Assembly: GCF_006345805.1 (NCBI RefSeq)
Contig: NW_021825178.1
Location: 1 to 16,355, forward strand
Source of the DNA: Octopus sinensis
Taxonomy: Eukaryota
Length of the DNA stretch: 16,355 nt
Reading direction: 5' to 3'
Below the pieces are notes generated by a model that worked only from the letters and a program-made list of their open reading frames with translations, searched no databases and was not told where the DNA came from. The position numbers were made by a program, and so were the translations under genes. Shown in pieces: positions 9,627-16,355 of this stretch (within the stretch, counting starts at the first letter, position 1; each line of letters starts with the position of its first letter).

Positions 9627-10887
9627 GAGTTCAAATTCCGCGAGGTCGACTTTACCTTTCATCATTTCAGGGTCGATAAATAAAGTACCAGTTAAGCACT
9701 AGGGCGATAAAATCGACTTAATCCGTTTGTCTGTCCTTGTTTGTCTTCTCGGTTGTTAGCCTCTTGTGGGGTAGTAAAGAAATAGGATTTCGTCTGCTGT
9801 TACGTCCTGAGTTCAAATTCCGCCGAGGTCGACTTTACTTTCATCATTTCAGGTTCGATAAATAAAGTACCAGTTACGCACTGGGCTCGAGATATAATCG
9901 ACTTATCCGTTTGTCTGTCCTTGTTTGTCTTCTCGGTGTTAGTAGCCCTTGTGGGTAGTAACGAAAGAAATAGGTATTCGTCTGCTGTTACGTCCTGAAT
10001 TCAAATTCCGCCGAGGTCGACTTTACCTTTCATCATTTCAGGGTCGATAAATAAAGTACAGTTACGCACTGGGGTCGATGTAATCGACTTAATCCCGTTG
10101 TCTGTCCTTGTTTGTCTTCTCGGTGTTTAGCCCCTTGTGGGTAGTAAAGAAATATGTATTTCGTCTGCTGTTACGTCCTGAGTTCAAATTCCGCCGAGGT
10201 TGGACTTTACCTTTTCATTTCAGGGTCGATAAATAAAGTACCAGTTACGCAATGGGGTCGATAAAATCGACTTAATCCGTTTGTCTGTCCTTGTTTGTTT
10301 CTCGGTGTTTAGCCCTTGTGGGTAGTAAAGAAATAGGTATTTCGTCTACTGTTACGTCCTGAATTCAAATTCCGCCGAGGTCGACTTTACCTTTCATCAT
10401 TCAGGGTCGATAAATAAAGTACCAGTTACGCACTGGGGTCGATATAATCGACTTAATCCGTTGTCTGTCCTTGTTGTCTTCTCGGTGTTTAGCCCCTGTG
10501 TGGGTAGTAAAGAAATAGGTATTTCGTCTTGTTTACGTCCTGAGTTCAAATTCCGCCGAGGTCGACTTTACCTTTCATCATTTCAGGGTCGATAATAAAG
10601 TACCGTTACGCAGTACGCACTGGGGTCGATATAATCGACTTAATCCGTTTGTCTGTCCTTGTTTGTCTTCTCGGTGTTTAGCCCCTTGTGGGTAGTAAAG
10701 AAATAGGTATTTCGTCTGCTGTTACATTCTGAGTTCAAATTCCGCCAAGATCAACTTTGCCTTTCATCATTTCGTGGTCGATAAATAAAGTACCAGTCAC
10801 GCTTGGAGTCAATATAATCGAATTAATCCCTTTGTCTGTCCTTGTTTGTCCCCTCTATGTTTAGCCCTTGTGGGCAATAAAGAAATA
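9627..10887 (+). repeat. Tandem array of seven ~181-189 bp units derived from a tRNA-type SINE (MetaSINE-like domain)
   Basis: GA[G/A]TTCAAATTCCG (B-box-like) at 9627, 9809, 9997, 10180, 10361, 10542, 10731; each unit has GGTCGACTTTACCTTTCATCATTTCAGGGTCGATAAATAAAGTACCAG, similar to the Meta-domain consensus as recalled; no A box in the unit. Confidence 0.85.
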
Positions 10888-10943
10888 TACAATTATTACA
10901 CATGGGATATTAATGTCTATCAAGTATACCTATGTGTAGTATA

Positions 10944-11119
10944 GTCGTAGGAGTGGCTGTGTGGTAAGTAGCTTGCTTACCAACCACATAGTTCCGGGTT
11001 CAGTCCCAATGCGTGGCACCTTGGGCAAGTATATTCACCTATAGCCTTGGGCTGAACAAAACCTTGTGAGTGGATTTGGTAGACGGAAACTGAAAGAAGC
11101 CCGTCGTATATATGTATAT
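10944..11119 (+). mobile_element. CORE-like tRNA SINE, 5' half
   Basis: A box TGGCTGTGTGG, B box GGTTCAGTCCC, CORE-like CCTTGGGCAAGT; ends in (TA)n. Confidence 0.85.
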
Positions 11120-11120
11120 G

Positions 11121-11563
11121 GGCAAAGGAGTAGTTGTGTGGTAAGTATATTGCTTACCAACCACATGTTTCCGGGTTCAGTCCCACGGCGTAGCACCTTG
11201 GGCAAGTATCTTCTACTAAAGCCTTGTGCTGAACAAAACCTTGTGAGTGGATTTGGTAGAGGGAAACTGAAAGAAACCCGTCGTATATATGTATTTATAT
11301 ATATGTGTGTGTGTGTGTGTGTTGTGTGTGTGTGTGTGTGTGTGTGTGTGATTGTGTGTGTGTATTTGTCCCCCCAACATAGCTTGACAACCGATGCTGG
11401 TGTGTTTACGTCCCCGTAACGTAGCGGTTCGGCAAAATAGACTGATAGAATAAGTACTGGGCTTACAAAAGAATAAGTCCCGGGGTCGAGTTTCTCGACT
11501 AAAGGCGGTGCTCCAGCATGGCCGCAGTCAAATGACTGAAACATGTAAAAGAGTAAAAGAGTA
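11121..11563 (+). mobile_element. Full-length CORE-like tRNA SINE
   Basis: tRNA-like head, CCTTGGGCAAGT core, internal (TA)/(GT) microsatellite, tail ...GACTGAAACATGTAAAAGAGTAAAAGAG followed by (TA)n. Confidence 0.88.
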
Positions 11564-11617
11564 TATATATATATATATAAATGGCAAATAAATCCTGGCA
11601 AATAAATCCTGCCACAC

Positions 11618-12030
11618 ATGGCAAATAAATCCTGCCACACACAGGCCATCCAAGTGCCTCTTGTAAATGACAAGAATGAAGACAATGACATGCAAACACC
11701 TACAAAACAAGAAACAGGAGATCCTGCAGAAAAAGACCAAACTTCCCACGAAAAGAAACAGATCCAGAGCAAACGCTCAAATGAAGGAAGGCCAGTATGT
11801 ATCCATTACAGGCGCAACAAGTGCAAACATGGTCTTTCAGGTACAGGGTGCATGTACAGTCACCCAAACCATGCAGACCATATATCAACTTCGGTACTGA
11901 TCGAAAAAAAAGGATGCCAAAATGGCCGGGAATGGAACTCCTTCACCCAAAGATGTGCCGCAATTCGCTGAGAAAAAAAAGAATGTTTTGGTTGAGAATT
12001 GCAAATTTATGCACCGGAAAGGTACAATTC
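11618..12030 (+). pseudogene. LINE ORF1 remnant with three CCCH zinc fingers (11798-12014), frameshifted
   Basis: Joining frames gives CIHYRRNKCKHGLSGTGCMYSH-PKPCRPYINFGTDRKKGCQNGRE[C]xLLH-PKMCRNSLRKKECFVENCKFMH; the third Cys of finger 2 is inferred, not read directly. Confidence 0.7.
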
Positions 12031-12388
12031 GCATAAAAACTACTGAACCACCCACCTGGACCAAGCTCAGCAGGGTATGAAAACCATTTCCCAAAAATGC
12101 GGAACCCAGGTCATGGCTCAACAGTGAATGAAAATCATGCTACTCAATTGCATACATCAGCTGTAACAAACCCAACTCGAAGAAATTCGATATAGTAATG
12201 AATGAAAGAATTTTTTAGGCATAATCTACCAACTACAACAACAGCTGTACTCCATACAGGACGACTCAGCAAAACCAGGCAACATTGATACAAAGGCTGA
12301 CACCTGGACTTACAGGGCACATACAACAAATACAGACAGCCCAGCAGACCGAATATCCAGTCAGCACAGTCCAGAAACTACAACAGTC

Positions 12389-15342
12389 TTGCACAAAATA
12401 GGGCAGATGTATCCGGTACAACAAAGCATAATAACAGCAAATATCCAGGGTCTTTATCCGAAAACAAAACAGTGTAAAGTCCCTTTCTTGGAAGAATTAG
12501 CAAGAGAAAACAACTCAAAAATAATTGGAATTACTGAAAGTCATCTCAACGAAAACATCCGCAACAGCGAAATCACAATTCAACATCTCCAGATGTGATA
12601 GACAAGGCAGATCCCATGGGGGCGTTATCATGTATATCCATGATACCTATGCATGCATAGAACTTGTCAACGAATCAAATGCCTACTGCAGCCTGCTGTG
12701 CATAAAAATCATCCAACTTAATACAGTTGTAACAATAATGTACAGACCGCCAAACAGCCCAACATTATCCTTCACTGAGCCACTGACGAAGCTCCAACAA
12801 ATTCTGGGAAACATGGCAAGTCCAATGCCAGACATTATCCTCCTTGGTGACTTCAACTTCCCTAACATCATCTGGCCACATGGACACATACTAAAACTGG
12901 GGACAAAAGCTGAACAAATACAGGCAGCCAAACTGTTGGAAGTCACAGAGAAATTATACCTCAAACAAATGATGACAGAAGCAACAAGAAATAATAATAC
13001 GATCGACTTGGTTTTCACCAACAACGAGGACACGCTATTTGACCTTCACTCAACCCCAACAATCCTTTCAGACCACAATATTATTGAAATGCATTTACAC
13101 ATTGGTAATGAGCCCAATGCCACAACTCTTAAACAAAAGGACATGCCAAAGCTATGCAGGTATGATTATCACCAGGCAAATTGGGAAACTATTAACAACC
13201 AGTTACAAATCATTGACTGGGATCTCTACCTTACTGGGCCAGATAAACACAAGAAATTCTTAAACAAGATCGAAGAAATATGTGAAAAAAATGTTCCTCT
13301 AAAGAAAACCAAGTCCACAAAAAACCTGTACCAAGGGAGCGAAAGATCCTGATGCGCAAAAGGTCAAGACTAAGAAACAAAACATCTAAGCTGACATCAA
13401 AACATGAATTACAGAAAGTCCTTGACCAAATATACAGATTAGAAGACAATCTAAAACAACACTATGATGAAGAACGTAACAATGCAGAAAAGAAGAGCCA
13501 TAGAAAACATCAAGAAAAATCCAAAATGTTTCTACAGTTTTGCAAAGAAATACTCGAACACCAAGTCAACAATAGGACCTCTCCAGAGACACAAATGGGG
13601 GATGTAGTGAATAACCCTATTGAAATGGCAGAAATGTTGGGTCAACAGTATGAAAGTGTCTTCAGTGAGCCATCTAAAACCATGAAGATCCATGACCCAG
13701 GAAAATTCTTCAAGGATATCGACCATACTAAACCTACCCTATCCGACATTGATTTCAACCCAGAAGACATAGCAAGAGCCATAGACAAGCTCTCCATGCA
13801 CTCGGCTGCGGGGCCTGACGGTTTCAATGCCATGATACTTAAAAACTGCAAGGTACAATTGTCGAAACCCCTTTACATGATATGGAGGGAATCTATGGAG
13901 AATGGCAAAATACCAAATACATATAAAGAAGCACACATAACTCCAATACATAAAGGGGACAGCAAATCAAAACCAAAGAACTACCGACCAATCTCACTGA
14001 CATCACACATTATCAAGGTCTTCGAAAGAATAGTTCGTGGAAAACTGGTTGAGTTCCTGGAATCCAACAATCTGATGAATTGCAACCAGCATGGATTCAG
14101 GTTAGGTAGATCATGCCTTTCCAAACTACTGGCACACCATGACCAAATCCTAGAAAATCTAGAGAATGGATAACAACACAGATGTTATCTACCTCGACTT
14201 TGCCAAGGCATTTGACAAGGTAGATCATGGCATCCTGGGTCACAAACTTCGAAAGCTAGGAGTAGGAGGAGGAAAAGTTGGTACATGGATACATGAGTTC
14301 CTTACAAATAGAACTCAAACAGTCACTGTGAATGGAACCCATTCAACACCATCACCTGCAGTGTTCCTCAGGGTACAGTACTCGGCCCAATCCTGTTCTC
14401 ATCCTCATCTCTGACATAGATGAAGATACAACAGCAACGTCTCATCCTTTGCTGATGACACCAGGGTCATGAGACAAATCAAAGACGAGGTGGATACAGA
14501 GGCCTTACAAAAGGACCTGACCACCATATATAAATGGCAGGAAACAAACAACATGTTGTTCAATGATAAGAAGTTTGAACTAATTCGCTACGGAACAGAT
14601 CAAGATCTGAAAAATACAAAACTACAAGAAACCCATCAGGACAACAAATAATGGAAAAACAGTATGTGAAAGATTTAGGCATCCACATGGGAACCAACCT
14701 AAAATTCAGAAACACCTTGACTCAGTCTGTCTTACTGCAAGAAAGTACAGCGGGTGGATCTTGCGCACCTTCAAATCAAGAGATACCTCAACAATGAAAA
14801 ACCCCTGGAACAGTATGATACTTCCGAGGATTGACTACTGTTCTCAGTTGTGGTCACCAACAACAAAGGGCCAACTATCTAAGATAGAATCGCTCCAAAG
14901 AAATTTTACCTCATACTTCTCAGAAACGAGGGACCTGGACTATTGGCAAAGACTCAAAACCTTGAGGATGTACTCAATAGAAAGAAGATTTGAGCGATAC
15001 CGAATTATATACATTTGGAAAATGATAGAGCAGAAGGTGCCAAACTTTGGTATCAAAACCTACCACTCACTGCGCCACGGAAGACGCTGCCAGCTACCAC
15101 CAATCAACAAAAAGGCTGGCCAGGCAGCAAAAACCCTGCGAGAATCAAGTCTGTTGGTTCGAGGAGCACAACTGTTCAACTCCATTCCGGTACATGTCAG
15201 AAATCTATCAGGATGCAGTGTGGAATCATTCAAATTGCAGCTGGATAGATACTTAAGCACCATTAGAGATGAACCCCATCTCCAGGATATACACAACGAG
15301 CACAAACTGACTCAAACTCGCTCCTACACATGTCAAAATTAA
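12389..15342 (+). pseudogene. LINE ORF2 (APE endonuclease + reverse transcriptase), split by frameshifts
   Basis: EN motifs: ANIQGL (~12430), GITESHL, YRPP, GDFNFP, IDLVFT, SDHN (13068). RT motifs: ITPIHKGDSKSKPKNYRPISLTS, YLDFAKAFDKVDH (14190), VPQGTVLGP (shifted frame), FADD (14448). Spread over ORFs 12389, 12525, 13352, 14166, 14469, 14761. Confidence 0.93.
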
Positions 15343-15444
15343 GCAGAGAATACAACCTGGCAACCACACCAGACTCTGAGGGTGGAGTCTTCGACTTGGC
15401 CTGAGCATGGACTCAAACCCAAATGAAATGAAATGAAATAAAAT

Positions 15445-15727
15445 AAAGCCTTGTGAGTGGATTTGGTAGACAGAAAGAAAGAAGCCCGTCGTATATATGT
15501 AATATGTTATGTGTGTGTGGTTTGTGTGTCTGTGTTTGTCCCCTAGCATTGCCTGACAACCGATGCTGGTGTGTTTACGTCCCCGTCATTTAGCGGTTCG
15601 GCAAAAGAGACCGATAGAATCAGTACTGGGCTTACAAAGAATAAGTCCGGGGTCGAGTTGCTCGATTAAAATGGCGGTGCTCCAGCATGGCCGCAGTCAA
15701 ATGACTTAAACAAGTAAAAATAAAATA
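15445..15727 (+). mobile_element. 5'-truncated CORE-like SINE starting at AAAGCCTTGTGAG
   Basis: Same body and tail as 11121-11563. Confidence 0.85.
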
Positions 15728-15738
15728 ACATATATATA

Positions 15739-16103
15739 GGGAACAGGAGTGGCTGTGTGGTAAGTAGCTTGCTTACCAACCACATGGTTCCCGGGTTCAG
15801 TCCCACTGCGTGGCATCTGGGCAAGTGTTTTCTGCTAGAGCCTCGGGCCGACCAAAGCCTTGTGAGTGGATTTGGTAGACGGAAACTGAAGAAGCCTGTC
15901 GTATATATGTATATTATATCAGTGTGTGGTCTGTGGTTGTCCCCCTAGCATTGCTTGACAACCGATGCTTTGTGTTTACGGCCCGTCACAAAAGAGACTG
16001 GGCTTAAAAAGAATAAGTCCAAGGGTCGATTTGCTCGACTACGGAGGCGGTGCTCCAGAATGGCCGCAGTCAAATGACTGAAACAAGTAAAAGAGTAAAA
16101 GAG
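15739..16103 (+). mobile_element. Full-length CORE-like SINE with internal deletions
   Basis: A and B boxes, core, tail AAAAGAGTAAAAGAG then (TA)n. Confidence 0.88.
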
Positions 16104-16140
16104 TATATATTATATATCTATATATATATATATATATTAT

Positions 16141-16355
16141 AAGCCTTGTGAGTGGATTTGGGTAGACGGAACTGAAAGAAGCCCGTCGTCGTATATATAT
16201 ATATAGGTGTAGGAGTGGCTGTGTGGTAAGTTAGCTTGCTAACCAACCACATGGTTCCAGGTTCAGTCCCACTCCGTGGAATCTTGGGCAACTGTCTTCT
16301 GCTATAGCCCCGGGCCGACCAATACCTTGAGTGGATTTGGTTAGACGGAAATGAA
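16141..16355 (+). mobile_element. Truncated SINE fragment (16141-16192) plus a new SINE head (16206 to window end)
   Basis: AAGCCTTGTGAGTGG... then GGTGTAGGAGTGGCTGTGTGG...GGTTCAGTCCC. Confidence 0.82.

Larger units (their letters stand above)
11582..15447 (+). mobile_element. CR1/L2-group (Jockey superclade) LINE, near full length, with (AAATG)n tail
   Basis: ORF1 remnant with CCCH fingers; ORF2 with AP endonuclease and RT motifs; C-terminal RLKTLRMYSIERRFERYRIIYIWKMIE typical of CR1-like elements; AAATG/AAATA tail at 15421-15447. Confidence 0.92.

Noticed and set aside
11035-11772. 245-aa minus-strand ORF
   Set aside because: Made of antisense SINE, microsatellite and LINE 5' sequence; no coding signature.

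Overview
Eukaryotic, repeat-dense genomic DNA; the SINE families look cephalopod (Octopus-like; inference from recalled repeat sequences, not a database hit). No prokaryotic features, CRISPR or true RNA genes. Three short minus-strand exons (9503-9581, 5876-5974, 1157-1240) with canonical splice sites join to give the C-terminus of a doublecortin-like kinase (DLIEHMLQVDPEMRF..PWVA / NDTAKD..GLAVIA / STALDK..DEVF*), so almost the whole window is intron or 3' UTR of that gene. The introns contain: (i) a head-to-tail concatemer of a non-autonomous Helitron with a precise CTAG|TC junction and an internal ~176-bp satellite that reiterates the 3' hairpin (6009-8750); (ii) a 5'-truncated L1/Tx1-like LINE inside a (GATA)n array that itself starts at the stop codon of an RTE/BovB-like 3' end (3813-5700); (iii) a ~3.9-kb CR1/L2-group LINE with a triple-CCCH ORF1 remnant and EN-RT ORF2 (11582-15447); (iv) three tRNA-derived SINE families, two with internal tandem amplifications (93-95 bp x9; ~182 bp x7) and one forming a head-to-tail array with different 3' tails; (v) a ~360-bp near-perfect inverted repeat (2548-3319). 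Frequent 1-bp homopolymer indels suggest an unpolished long-read assembly, so frameshifts should not be over-interpreted.
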